A stretch of DNA of 64,000 nucleotides from Lama glama (GCA_028534125.1 CM052818.1:42162001-42226000); one strand, 5' to 3'; numbered from the stretch's first letter, positions 1-12,350 are shown. The notes: generated from the letters alone by a model not told the origin. Numbers and translations are program-made.

Positions 1-105
1 ACAGAAGAGAAAGGAGATGGCACATTCATCAGCATAGATTTTGTATCATGAATCACGCAGAAAGTTTTTTTCTTCAAATGTTCTAGAACAGAGCAATAAG
101 AAACC

Positions 106-553
106 TGTGGATGAGAAACATTGCCTGCCCTATCGGTAAACAAAGGATGTAGCAGCCAGCAAGCCAGCAGCCACTGCAGCTGCCCCTGAATGTGCACCCT
201 GAGGGGATTCAGGATGGAGAGAAGAAGGATACTGGCCCTAGAGAGTTAGGTTGCAGATCAAAGGAATGATTTCAATAAGACCAGACTCTTGCATCTTCCC
301 ATACATAGAAAAGTGCTAAATTTATTAACTTGAGATGTCTGGTTTTCTTTAATTAGCAGTAATCTTTTGAGGTTCTGACTACTTGGTTTTTGTTCAAAAA
401 CTCCTGTATATCCCTGGCTCCTCCCTTACCTCTTCAGAGCAGTCCCTCAGAGCTATCTGAGAGGCTGTATTCCAGGCTTAAGTCCTCAGAGAGTCTGCCC
501 AATAAAACATAATTCTCAACTTTCAGGTTGTGCAATTCTTTTTTCAGTTGACA
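106..553 (+). mobile_element. Solo ERV1-class LTR (448 bp)
   Basis: TG…CA termini (ends TTCAGTTGACA), 4-bp TSD AACC at 102-105 and 554-557, TATA-like TGTATAT near 405, AATAAA at 501-506. Confidence 0.85.
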
Positions 554-896
554 AACCTATTGTGGCTTCAAGGTGAAGGAGACATTTGGCTTGAGTCATG
601 AAGGCACCACCAAAAACCGCTCTTGAATAGAACACTTCCTTACCACCCAAAATGAAGATGAAATGTACCACATGCAATGGTGGAAGTGACCCTGAACCCA
701 GCCTCCAGAAGGCAAGTCAAATCAGGTCGTTTACTTTGTCCTTTCTTTGACATCCAACTGCACTCCTCTGGCCTTATTCTGGCACCTTCTGGGCCCTAAG
801 TCCCCAGTTTCTAAGGATCCAGCCACCAAGAAGGAAGCAGCAAAAGAGAGTTGTTATAATGTAAAAGAAGTTGATTTGAAAATGCAATATTTTCAT

Positions 897-940
897 AGGA
901 TCCTGGGTTCAATCCCCAGTGCCTCCTCCAAAAAATACAT
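897..940 (+). mobile_element. 5'-truncated tRNA-derived SINE (camelid type)
   Basis: B-box segment TCCTGGGTTCAATCCCCAGT plus an A-rich tail, flanked by a perfect 17-bp direct repeat AAATGCAATATTTTCAT (880-896, 941-957). Confidence 0.85.
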
Positions 941-1417
941 AAATGCAATATTTTCATTACATAATCTCCCACCGGCAAAGTCCATCCTCACAATGCATCA
1001 TACAAACCACTCATCATTCTACACAGGTCACTGCAACTTCTCCCTCCTCAAATTCCACACAGGAAGTTTACCCTCAGATCCACATGTTAGGAGACCAAAG
1101 GACTTGAGAGTACTTGCTCTGGATCCTGAATTCAGCTGTGAGAGGATGTGGCCAACCTTACCATCAGGCGACTCTCTCCACTTTAATACAGCTCTTGGTT
1201 GGTAAGACTCCTGGTTCCACCCTCCTTGGGACGACACACACCAGACCACCGCCCCCACCATGTCTAGCCTCCTGCTTCCTTCCAGCTTGATGCCTGGCAT
1301 CTCTTTACCTTCTAGCATCTCAGACTATGTACAGTTCCTTGCCTACAGCAGATTGCCTCTCACTACTGTGTATTTTCTTATGCTGTTTGCTTTCCCGAGA
1401 ATAGACTTCCCCTTTTA

Positions 1418-2532
1418 GTTTCAGTTGTCTATTGCTGCATAACACCCCCAAACGAGTACAACAACCAATTTATTGGTCATGATTCTGAGTCAGGCGTCTG
1501 GGCAGAGCTTACCTGGCTGGTTCTTCTGTTTCTCATGGCATTACCTGGGGTCTCTCACTCAACTGCATTCAGCTGGCGGGCTGGGCTGGCAGATCTGAGA
1601 AGACCTCAGTCTCCTGGGTGGTGGCTCTCTCCCTGTGGCCAACTTGGACCTTCTCCCAGCAGGGTTAGTCCCAGGAAAGACAGACTTCCTACATGGTAGC
1701 TGGGCTCCAGGAGGACTGGCCCCCAAATAGAAAGCAGAAAGTGCGTATCTCTTAAGTCAGCCGTGGAAAGCACAGAGTGTCACTTCTGCCAAATGCTATT
1801 GGTCAACACAAGTCATATGACCAGCACAGCCTAGATTCATGAGGAGGGGACATAGGCTCTCTTTTTTTTAATCTTTTTTTTTTAATTGACGTACAGTCAG
1901 TGTACAATGTTGAGCCAGCTTCTGGTGTACAGCATAATGTTTCAATCATACATGTACATACATATATTCATTTTCATATTCTTTTTCATTACAGGTTATT
2001 ACAAGATATTGAATATAGTTCCCTCTGCTATACAGTAGAAACTTGTTGTTTATCTATTTTATATATAATAGTATCTGCTAATCTCAAACTCTTAATTTAT
2101 CCATTCCCACCTCCTTCTTCCCCTGGTAACCATAAGTTTGTTTACTATGTCTGTGAGTCTGTTTCTGTTTTGTAGATAAGTTCATTACTGTCTTCTTTTT
2201 TCTTTTTTTAGATTCCACATGAGTAATATCATATGGTATTTTTCTTTCTCTTTCTGGCTTCCTTCACTTAGAATGTTGATCTTCAGTTCTGTCCATGTGG
2301 CTGCAAATGACATTATTTTATTTTTTATGGCTGAGTAGTATTCCATTGTACAAATATACCACAGCTTCTTTATCCAGCGATCTGTCAATGGACATTTAGG
2401 TGGCTTCCATGTCTTGGCTATTGTATATAGTGCTGCTATGAACACTGGGGTGCATGTGTCTTTTCAAATTAGGTTCTACCTTTTGGATGCAAGGAATAGC
2501 AAAAGGTTTGAAGGCATCTGTAATAAACCACA
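1418..2532 (-). mobile_element. MaLR (MLT1-type) LTR, split by an L1 insertion at 1861-2470
   Basis: MLT1-like motifs (TCTATTGCTGCATAAC…, TGTCACTTCTGCC…CTATTGGTCA…AAGTCA). Sequence resumes after the L1 and ends AAACCACA. Confidence 0.7.
1861..2470 (-). mobile_element. 5'-truncated L1 (ORF2 C-terminus plus 3' UTR)
   Basis: ORF 2185..2445(-) MFIAALYTIAKTWKPPKCP…WIKKLWY…MEYYSAIK…FAATW is the L1 ORF2 C-terminus. Poly(T) at 1862. TSD-like TAGGCTCT / TAGGTTCT. Confidence 0.93.
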
Positions 2533-2684
2533 CCTATCTTCTTGGCAAACTCCTAATTGTTATTCAGATTCACCTGCAACATGCAGCAAATCCTGCTTGA
2601 TGCTAATCCCGAGCTAACAGATACTGCTAGTTTGCTCCAATGTTTATTTCTCTTTTTCCTTAAATTTTTTTATGTTAAGTTGGA

Positions 2685-3062
2685 CCTTTGGCTTCCTAGA
2701 ATAACGACCCTACTTCCCAGCCCCGCAGTTGCCAGATATGGCTATCTGCCTGTGTTCTGGCCCATGGCATAGAAACAGATATGCCCTTAATGGAGCTGGT
2801 GCATCTGTCTTGCTCTTCCTCCATCCTGTTGCTGGAATGGGGCTGCAATGGCTGGGGCTTGAGCAGCCATATTGGACTATGAAAAAAAAGCCATATATTG
2901 AGGATGGCAGAACAATAAGAGAGAAGCTTGAGTCCCTGGCATCAACTAGCACCATACCAGCCAGAACTGGGACTTCAGATTTCTTACATGAGAGGAAAAT
3001 AAACATCTGTCTTCTTTGTTTGGGGTTTTCTGTCCCTAACAACCAAACCTAATCCTAATTTA
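2685..3062 (+). mobile_element. Old ERVL-type LTR (LTR16/LTR33-like)
   Basis: Motifs ACTTCCCAGCC…GTTCTGGCC and GCAGCCATATTGGAC…GAGGATGGCAGA, plus AATAAA near 2998. Family assigned from recall. Confidence 0.6.
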
Positions 3063-3073
3063 TCTAGCCAGGG

Positions 3074-3577
3074 TGCAGTTATCTATTGCTACAAAACAAG
3101 TTACCCCCAAATTTAGTGACTTAAAACAGTAAACATTTATTATTGCTCACAGTTTCTGTGGAGTGGGAATTCAGGGGCAGCTCGGCTGGGCACGTCCACT
3201 TGGGGCTATTCTTGCTGTTGTAGCCAAGCTGCTGGCCGGGATTGCAATCACCTTGTAAAGGTCACTCGCTCTTGTGACTGCGTGGCAGTTAGCAGGAGGC
3301 CTCTCTTCTCCACAGGGACCACTTCCAGGGCTGGCAGAACGTTTTCATGATCTGGCTGCTGGGGCCTCCCACACCCCTCCCTTGCCACTGAAATCAGCAA
3401 TCCTATAGAACAAAGCAGAGTGAGTGATATCATTTATGGTCTAGCCATCAAAGTCACACTATCACTTCTGCCATATCTTATTAGTCACAGAGGCCTATTC
3501 AGTGTTGGAAACACACAAAGGCATGAGTACCGGAGACAAGGATCACTGGGGGGCCAGCTTAGAGGCTGCCTTCCACA
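3074..3577 (-). mobile_element. MaLR LTR (MLT1F-like)
   Basis: AGTTATCTATTGCT…CCCCAAATTTAGTGACTTAAAACAG…CTCACAGTTTCTGTGG start and GGATCACTGGGGGCC…AGAGGCTGCCTTCCACA end. Confidence 0.72.
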
Positions 3578-4759
3578 GCTCCTGCTTCCCTAGAAGACCC
3601 CTTATTTGTTCAAGTAGCAGGTGGTAATCTTCCAATACCAGGAAAAAAAGCATGTTCGTCCAGCATCCTCTGGGATAAATCATGTTCCTTCTAAACCAGC
3701 CATTGTTTTCATTAAGTTTGTTGGCTTAGCTCACCCTGTTTTTCACAGTTTACCTGACTCAGAGAGCAGTTTGGAGAGAGGGAGGCTCACATTTAAACAT
3801 CCTCTTTTTTTTTTTCCCCTCTGAATTTCCTACAGCTTCTGAGCTGAGCAACAATCATTGAATTTTATGCTTTTGTCAAAATAAGCTGTCAGAAACTGGT
3901 CCAGATCTATTAGAATGCAACATCATTCTGCCTGCCCCAGCGTTCACCTTATGGTGCAGGGACCAGAGGGGGCCCAGCAAACAGACATAAATCCAGAGAA
4001 TCTATAACTCTCTATCCCCTGAGGAAGTGGCCATAAAGTCCATCACTCCAGATATATGGGAAGCAGGAGACAAAGGACAGCTCGGATGAGTTTCAGAGGG
4101 ACTGTAAAACAGAAAAAGAGATCTCACTAACGGTGTCGGTCTCATTATAAGCAAGCCAGGCAGGGACACGATTTACAGCTGGGTGCTCACTGGCCGGCAG
4201 GCATGAATTGCCCTCCCTCCCCAACGCCTGCCACTCTGAGCGCTCGTCAGCCCCTGCGCTGGACGCTGATGGCTCCTGGGGAAGTGGTGCCATACTTGGA
4301 GTCTGAGTAAGAGAATGTGGCCTGGAGGTTCTGGGTGTTTAAGAACAGACTGTGCACCAGACAGATATTCGGAATCCAGATGCCCAGAACCTGCCAGGAC
4401 CCCTGAGTTCCATTACCTGCCGAAGAGACCCATTCTGCAGCTGCAGCCAGGGTGCAGGCTTGCTTTCCCAGCCCCCCTCCCACGGTCCTTGCTTCACTGC
4501 ACTTTCTTCCTATCTGTGAAACGGATCCTTTGTTCCCAAGATCTGTAATTTTTTATTTAAAACAGACTGAAATGAGACCACTTGCTGTATTTAATGAAGC
4601 AGGGGGTGGTAAAAAGGATGGTCAAGACTTCTTTAAAATGCCTGGAGAAAAGAATTCTGAGTATGGAAATGTCTACTGCCTGGTCATAGGTTCCCATGAT
4701 GTGGCAATAATGAGACTGGGAATTCGTGAAGCCTCCCTCAAGTGTAGCTCTGAATAGTG

Positions 4760-5265
4760 ATGTTCTAGTTACTATGGCTGCATGACAAATTCCCTGAAAT
4801 GTCGTGGCACAAACCCTGCCTTTGTCACGCTCATAGAATCCATGAGCTTACAGGGCACAGCAGGAATGGCTTAGCTCTGTTTCTTAACAATTAGCATCTC
4901 AACGGAAATACTTGAAGGCTAGGGGGTAGAATCATGTGAAGGTTCCTCCACTCACAAGACACAGTTGATGCTTGTGTTGCTTAAACCCTCGCTGGGGTTG
5001 TTCGCCAGACGTGGCTTCTCCGTGTGGCCTGGGCTTTCTCGGAACGTGGTGGTTGTAGTTCCAAGGCAGCATCCCAAGAAACCTGTGTTCTTTAATGACC
5101 AAGCTTCAGAGGTCAAGCAGGGTTGGGTCACTTCCTCCTCATTCTAAGTGAGGCAGTTACCAAGGTCTACCAGGTTCAAGGGGATCATAGATTCCACCAC
5201 TTAAAGGGGGAATGTCAACATTTTATTGTAAGAAAAGATTGTGGGACTGGGTATAAATTGGCATG
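4760..5265 (-). mobile_element. MaLR LTR (MLT1-type)
   Basis: TGTTCTAGTTACTATGGCTGCATGACAAATT… start and CCAGGTTCAAGGGG…ATAGATTCCACC motifs. Confidence 0.6.
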
Positions 5266-5267
5266 GC

Positions 5268-5554
5268 CATGGATTAGAGCTCTCCACAGACATAGAACGA
5301 ATAGGATGTGTAGATGTAGAGAAAGAGATTTATTTTAAGAAATTGGCACAAGCCATTAAGGAGGTTGGCAAGTTCAAAATCTACAGGGTGGGCTGTCAGA
5401 CTGGAGAACCAGGAATTGCTGATAATGCAGATCAAATCAAAGGCTGTCTGCTGGCAGAATTTCCTCTTGCTTGGGGGAGGTCATCAAGCCATCAACTGAT
5501 TGGACAAGGCCCAACTTTACTCAGACAAACTGATACATAAAATTAACCATCACA
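5268..5554 (-). mobile_element. MLT2-type ERVL LTR
   Basis: AGAGATTTATTTTAAGAAATTGGC…GGAGGTTGGCAAGTTCAAAATCT; ends CATAAAATTAACCATCACA, directly next to an ERVL polypurine tract. Confidence 0.8.
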
Positions 5555-6597
5555 AGTCCACCCCTTGTCAACTTAGCACCCATATATATCTCCTTAAATC
5601 ATGCTAATCTCCAAATAAAGATGTTAGAGCAGGCAGATAGCTAAATATGAGCAGAGAAGGGGGGTCACGGGCCAAACGGCAGGAAACAAACATCTTGTGA
5701 ACAACCAGGGTCCTTGGGCCGAGAGAGGAAAGCAGGAACCTCCAGACTAATAGTAAACCACATATTTTGGGGTGGAAAATGTCCTGGAGGCAGACAAAGA
5801 CAGTTGGGAAAAGGCAGGACTCTCTGGCATCTGAAATGTAACCTTTTGCTTATCATGCCCTCATTACAATAAAATTAGCCTTGCAGATAAGTGGTACCCA
5901 TCACATACCAATGCCGTGACACTTCCGGTCTGGATTAAATAAGGACAAACTTCCCTTCTCCCCTCAGGAAGGTGGCACTGGGATGAACATCAGCGAATAT
6001 GACCCCAAACCCCTCTCTCTCCAGTGAATATTCTGCTCGTTCATTTTTACACCTTATGTAACCAGCTTGCCAAAGAAACAGGGCCGGTACTCACCTGAGT
6101 CCGTCTGCTCTCCCCTTGAGAGCATCCTATCTATTGTTTAATAAATCCTTACTTTACTTTCTTGACCTCTGTGTCTCATCTCTGAATTCCTTCTGCAGTG
6201 AGACAAGAACCTACTTCTACCTAACATGGTACAACTATCCTGTGCACAACTGAAAACTAACTAACGAGGATGCAAGGTCCTTGCATGATGTTTACTCTTC
6301 TTGATATCTTGTAGCTTGAATACCATGATGTAAAGTTATCAATACTTAAATATGGCATAAAGTAAATACACCTTATGTTACATGATAAAGGCATAAGAAA
6401 GGGAAGGAAATAAAGCTATTTGCCCTATGTGTGTAAATATATATATATATATATCTCCCACATTCATAACAAAATAAGGAAGAAACACTCATGACAGTTA
6501 TAGTCCACATTTCTGAAACTGTTCGTGTGGTCGTAGCTGGTATTTGTAATTACCTTCTTCCCCTACCCATCACATACTCCCATGCCTTTGTGCTTCA
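5555..6597 (-). mobile_element. ERVL internal (3' end) fragment, interrupted by a second LTR at 5622-6226
   Basis: AGTCCACCCCT (reverse complement of PPT AGGGGTGGACT) at 5555-5565. ERVL-like ACAACTATCC…, CATAACAAAATAAGGAAGAAA…, GTGGTCGTAGCTGGTATTT. Confidence 0.75.
5622..6226 (+). mobile_element. ERV1-like solo LTR nested in the ERVL internal region
   Basis: TGTTAG…CTAACA terminal inverted repeat, AATAAA near 6140 and a U5-like TCTCTGAATTCCTTCT…GAGACAAGAACC. No TSD recognisable. Confidence 0.72.
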
Positions 6598-6878
6598 CGC
6601 CACTTCAACCACAACAGCCTACTGATTACAGAGACCAGTCCTGTTCCATGTGGAGGGAAATACCAAGGTGTGGATACAAGGTGTTCAGGATCATTGGAGG
6701 GAAATTTTGGGGAGGGAAATTTTGGGGATGGACTACCACACCTGGAAATAAAAAATATTTCTCCATTTTTCAGACGTCAAGTTCAAATCCTAAAATGGAC
6801 AGAAATCAGGTGAAAGAGTTTGCACCTGAACTAGATCAGGGAGGACCGTGTATGTCAGATTAAGAAGACCTGGTAGAT

Positions 6879-7061
6879 CAGCGGCTCTCAGCCTCAGTGT
6901 GCATCCAAATCACCTGGAGGGCTTGTTGAACTGCAGATGTGGGGCCCTCCTCCCCAGAGATTGATCCAGTGAGTCTGGGGTTAAACCTTTCATTTGCATT
7001 TCTCACAAGTTCCCAGCGATGCTGGTGCTGCTGGCCTGGGACTTTAGTGTGAGAACCACTG
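6879..7061. mobile_element. MER5A-like hAT-Charlie MITE
   Basis: CAGCGGCTCTCA…TGAGAACCACTG termini; internal AATCACCTGGAGGGCTTGTT and ATTTGCATTTCT-ACAAGTTCCCAG. Confidence 0.85.
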
Positions 7062-8659
7062 TTGTGCGTGAAGCAAATTTTAAGCAAGACAGTGACATGA
7101 TCAGTGCTGAAAGCCTGTTAATGGTGCCTACACAAGTCCATGCTTCACAAAATCACCAGAATTATATAAAATAAAAATCTGATCATGATTCATTCCTCGT
7201 CAGCTTCATTGAATCTGTCTTCTGTGGGTGAATATTTCCACTGTGGGTTTCCACTGCAGGCAACTCAAGGGTAAACTAAAGGACTCGACCCTAATTTCAT
7301 TACAACAGCAGTGAAAAAAAAATCATAGCTCATGAATGATCTGTTTATTGAGAGAAATTTTCCTTGAGCCTATCTTATTTTGCTGGAGAAAATAAGTGAT
7401 TTCCTAAAGTTACAATCTCCCTTTTAAGCAAAAAGGGTTAATCTGTCACAGTGTCAACATAACCATGAATAATTCATGGAGTCAATAAAAATGTATTCAG
7501 AGCCTTCCTTCAAGCTGGGTTTACAGAGATTAAAAAGCCATTGTCCCTGTCCACAGAGAATCACAGCATTTTGGTTATGTAGTTGCCTTTTGAAGTTTTG
7601 AATTACTGGGGTTATTTGAGGCTCCCTAGGCATCCCCGGTCTGGGCATGTGAATGGCAGTCATCACTGGAACATGAAACGTTGTAATTTCACTGGTCTTG
7701 TTCCCAGTCAATGACACGTGACCCTCAGTCATTTTGTCAGCTCCCCTACCAGATATTTCTGGGGAGCCCCAGAGGCGTTTTAAACATGTTGGCAAATAAG
7801 CCCATTCCTTTTGGATACTGCTGGTCGCCGGCTCTCAGAGCCGTGTCTGTGCGCCTGTGAGCTGCTCGGCTGTTGGTGGCAGAGCTGGGGAGAATGCCTC
7901 CCCCTTTGTGTCTCCCACTGTGAAGTTCAGTGTTTCATTCCAGCAAATGTATCAGACAAGACGTCCTGAAAGATTCTCACAAACACCAAGAGTGCTGGCT
8001 AAAATGTAGAAACAAATACACAACTTTGAAAATGAATGGATGAGTCTGAGAGAAGGTAAAGGACACCTCGAGTCCCAGGAACAAGCAGGAGAACCCCCAG
8101 AAGAGGCAGGCAGCGCGGCCACCAGCTGCGGCAGGGGCGGGGCTCTGACTTCAGGGCTGATGTGGAGGTGGGTGGGGTGGGTGGGGGCGCTGGGGTCAAA
8201 GCCTTGGGCCTGTGAAAGGAGGGGAGTTGGATCACTGATCGCCTTACGTAAAGGTAGGACCCAGGAAGAGCTACACAATTAAAAATAAATCTCATAAAAC
8301 GGAGGCAGACAGCAAATAAATTTGTCTGCCAGGCCTGGAATGTAAGTGGATGTAAAGGTCTCTTTTGAGAATTTGTGACCACAGTCTGACCCTCTTGCAA
8401 GTTTGGGGGCTGAATTTACATTATTTGTAACATCTGAAATATAGAACCTTAGTCCCACAGGTGATCTGCAAAAATGAAGGCAAGTCTTCCCAGGGCGAGG
8501 GCACCCTCTTAACCCAGGCCTCCAAAAAATGCTCACAGGTGGTATTCAAGGCACATGAGTGATCGATAACACACATACACACACACACTACATAAAGAAA
8601 CAAGCACCTTGAGAAAGAGTCAGCAGGGACAAAAAAATCCTTAAAAACTTCAAGTGTTT

Positions 8660-8827
8660 GAGGGAGGGTATAGCTCAGTGGTAAAGTGTATGCTTAGCAT
8701 GGACAAGGTCCTGGGTTCAATCCTCAGTACCATCATTAAAAAAAAGTTAATATAAATAAATAAACCTTATTACCTCCCACACCCCCCAAAAAACAAAAAA
8801 CAAAACTAAATAAAAATATTTTAAAAA
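8660..8827 (+). mobile_element. Full-length tRNA-derived SINE (camelid Vic-1-like)
   Basis: GGGAGGGTATAGCTCAGTGGT (A box), GGTTCAATCC (B box), middle A-rich tract, ATTACCTCCC segment and A-rich tail. Confidence 0.9.
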
Positions 8828-8829
8828 GT

Positions 8830-9200
8830 AGTATCAGAAATATCAGGCTGAGAATATGAATTACGTTTGATGTGTTTCTAAAAGCAGGAACTGAAGCATA
8901 AATAAGAAATAATAATCCAACTAAATGACCAGTGTATTTGAATTTTAAAAAGAACTTCTAGAAATAAGATTATCTATAATAATTGATCTGAAAAACTGAG
9001 TGAAAAGATTAAATATAGACGAAGCTGACAAGTGAACTAGCAAACTGAGAGATATGAAGGCATTATACTGAGTACAGAACAGAAACACACAAAAATAAAA
9101 AGCACAAGAAGGAGCTTGTGTTACAAGGAGCTACAGAATTCCAACGTCTGTCTAAAGAGAATGGTGTCCAGGCAATATTTGAAGATGCAATGACTGATTG
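8830..9200 (+). mobile_element. Degraded ancient L1 ORF1-region fragment
   Basis: A-rich strand bias with L1 ORF1-like motifs (AAGAACTTCTAGAAATAA…, GGCAATATTTGAAGA). Confidence 0.5.
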
Positions 9201-10877
9201 AAACAAATAAAAGAAGCAGGGAAGAAATTATATTCCAGACTTCTGAGATTGCTCTTCATGTGTCAAGGCGAGAGCATGGTGTGCGTGTGAGGTATTCGTG
9301 TGGATGTGTGTCTGAGTGTGCGCTGTTGTGTTAGCCTAATCGTGATTGTACCATCTTATCCCAATGCAAGAATTTTCTCTTTATCCTCATTTATAGTTGC
9401 TTACTTAGTCTGTCCTCCCCTGTCTCAAATTGACAGCTTTTTAATTTTTTAAATTCCACTCTGTGGCTTGGAAGCTGTGTGTTGTATTTCTTTTAAAGAT
9501 ATGTAATTAACAGTATATTTCCCTACCACAATCAGGAGTTATTTAGAATCTCAATCTTGCTCCCAAACGGAAGGGTCTTTATCACACGTTCATTGGGCCC
9601 TCCCTCCCATATCCCTTGTTTGTGCTATAGAAAGTTATAGATTTACCTTTCCCCCCAATATTTTATTATGAAAGTTTTCATATATAGCAAAGTTGAAAGG
9701 ATTGCACAACGGACACTCAGGTACTCACCACCAAGGTTCTACTATTAATATTTCCACCCTTGTTTTATCATGTATCTTTCCATTTATTCATCCTCAAACT
9801 AGCCATTAATCCATTTTATTTTTTGATGCCCCAAGCATATTACAGATCATCTACTTTTGCTTTTAAACCAAATAAAACCAATGTCTACGATTGATTAATT
9901 TACCAATAGATTTTTAACTTTTTTACCACTTTATTTGCTCATCTCTATACTTGCTGCTCATTTTTTTGCGCTTGTAACTGCATGTGTCCCTGGTAAGGCC
10001 TTTTCTGCAGTTTCTTGTTCCATGTGATTGATGAGTGAGGAAGATGGGGGAAAATGGCCTGTGTGAATCGGGCAGTGAATTAAAGCCAAGGAGCTCTAAG
10101 TAAGGGGCTCGAGATTTCTTCTTAGCTAATACCATGCCTGAACTTTATGAAGTCTATTTGCCTGCCAAGAGGTCTTATGGCAGTCTTAGAATATTTATAG
10201 AAGGATTGACTGGGACTCTTCAAGCATTCTGGAGGAAATAGAGTGTCTTGAGTTGCTCTCCATATTATTTTATTATTACGATTAAAATTTATTCTCTTCA
10301 TAAAGAGCTACCATTGAATGCATAAGGAGTTTACCATTCAATCAAGTACCAATGTAAGACGTCCATAACAGCAGCATTTAAATGTCAAGTTCAATTTTAT
10401 TATGCAATTTCAAATTGCATTGAAAGCAACTTCATATGCTGGACCAGTCTCTGAGGTCTCTAATATACAGAAGCATAAAGGGTTAAGTGCAGGATTGTTC
10501 ATGGCTTTTGGCTTAACGGGCTGTTTAGCTGATGGGAGTGAACATGCTGAGTGTCTACAAAATGAACCTCTCACTTAACAATGCCTCTACTTGAAAGAAT
10601 TAAGAGGAGAAAACTGATTCCTTTACGTGAGATATTGTTAAGTAATTTTTGTCTGGTTCTAGGGTAGTAATGTCTATGGCCGTCAGCAAAGTGCAGGAGA
10701 ATATATTTTAGTCCAATTGATTTGTACTCGTTACCTTATGAGAATAGGAAAAAATGGGGGAAATTTTCTATTTTTTTTCTTCCTTTCATCAAAGGCTTAT
10801 AAAAACATCTGTTACTTCTCTTTAAAATGGATATATCAAAGTACCTTCTCTATTAGTAATTTGAATATTAAACAAAA

Positions 10878-11085
10878 CCTGTGTTTTGATTCTGGCTTCA
10901 CTATGACCTGTGTGTAGCCTTGTTTGGGTGACAGTGATTCAGAACCTCAGTTTCCTCATTTATAGGGATATTAACCCTTTCCCTGCAACACTGTAAAGAG
11001 AGCCTTAAACAGGTATAACAAAGTACCTGACCAGTGCTTGGAGCACAGTCAATACACAAAATGCCTCCATTATTATGATTATGCC
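10878..11085 (+). mobile_element. MIR
   Basis: Core AACCTCAGTTTCCTCATTTATA and 3' CAGTGCTTGGAGCACAGT…ATTATTATGATTAT. Confidence 0.7.
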
Positions 11086-12350
11086 TATTTCGGAATTGCT
11101 TCAATTTTTATTTCAGCCTTATTTCCCCCAAGTACCTCACAGAGTTATCTTTGGATTTGTTATTTGGAAAACATAATGTTTTTCCTCTTAGAATGACTTA
11201 TTCATGACTTAAAATATCTTCAAACCAGACTAGGACCTTCCAGCCAAATTAAGAAGCTGGTTAGATGGCCATAGTCGTACCTGGTGACCAAATTCACAGA
11301 TGATATATTTAATTTCTCCCCGACAGAACAGGGTGGTAATACTCCCATCCCACATGTTGGTACCTCTGGTCTTCCAAGACAGTGCATTTCTACTTTCAAC
11401 CATCTAACTGTTTCATGTGAGCCCTGTGCTGTGCTGTGGTATGAACGAAGGCGTGCAACACCAGGACCTGAAGAACTGTGCTTGAAGTTTGGCTCCATTA
11501 TGACCTTGAAATTCTCTGAGCTTCCGTTTCCTTATCTGTGAAATGGGGAACTGAATCTCTCTAGGGTTTCTGTTTATCCACATCAGCAGTGACTGTGAGG
11601 ACGGAAGATTTGCAAGCCATGAACACTGTCAGTGCCAACTATCAATGTATTATTAACTAATAACTCAACTCAGAAGCAACACTGCAGACATTCATATGCT
11701 ACAGATTCTAAATTAGATCCATCCACAAAATCCGCTGGTCGAAATGTCAAGAGAGAAGTGGTTTCAAAACACTGAAACTCAAATTAGCTTCAGGTAAATG
11801 CTCTAGCTCACTTAACTGGGAGGATGGAAGCATGCAGGTGTTACTAGTTTCAGGCATGCTAATATCAGATGAAGTCTTTATTTCTCCTGTTTTTCTTCAG
11901 CGTGTTGGTTTCATTCTCTTACCAAGCAGACAGGCTTTCCCTTGAGAGTGAATACGACGGCTGCTGACAACTCCCAATTTGTATTCTTCAAATGCTTGAT
12001 TCAAAAGGGAAAGGTGCTTTTTTTCTCCACTGATACCTTAAAAAAAAAAAAAAAACTCAGGGAAGAACTCTCTGCCCAATGCTTGAAGTCAGGGGAAGGG
12101 GGCTCCTAGAGTGGGCAGGCTTAGAGGAAGGAAGGAGTTTAGGGATTGGTAAGCCCAAGAGAATGACCTGACTGAGTGAAGGAAGGGCAGTGGACCAATT
12201 CTCCAAATGCAAAAGGCTGGGCAGACACATGCCAGCTGTCACTGTGAGCATGAGGGAGGAAAAGCAGAGAGGATGATGGCTAAGAGTCTTGATGGCTTCA
12301 TGAACTGCCTACGGTCTCTTCCTTAAATCAGCCACTCTCCTGTGTATGAT

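Noticed and set aside
747..1205. 152-aa ORF upstream of NBAS
   Set aside because: Non-ATG start, reads through a SINE stub and its TSD, and has no recognisable domain or splice context.
2185..2445. ORF with clear protein similarity
   Set aside because: It is the C-terminal remnant of L1 ORF2 in a truncated insertion, not a host gene.
8660..8735. tRNA-like sequence with A and B boxes (also at 22260-22331)
   Set aside because: Followed by a SINE body and A-rich tail, and the acceptor stem does not pair. These are SINE heads, not tRNA genes.
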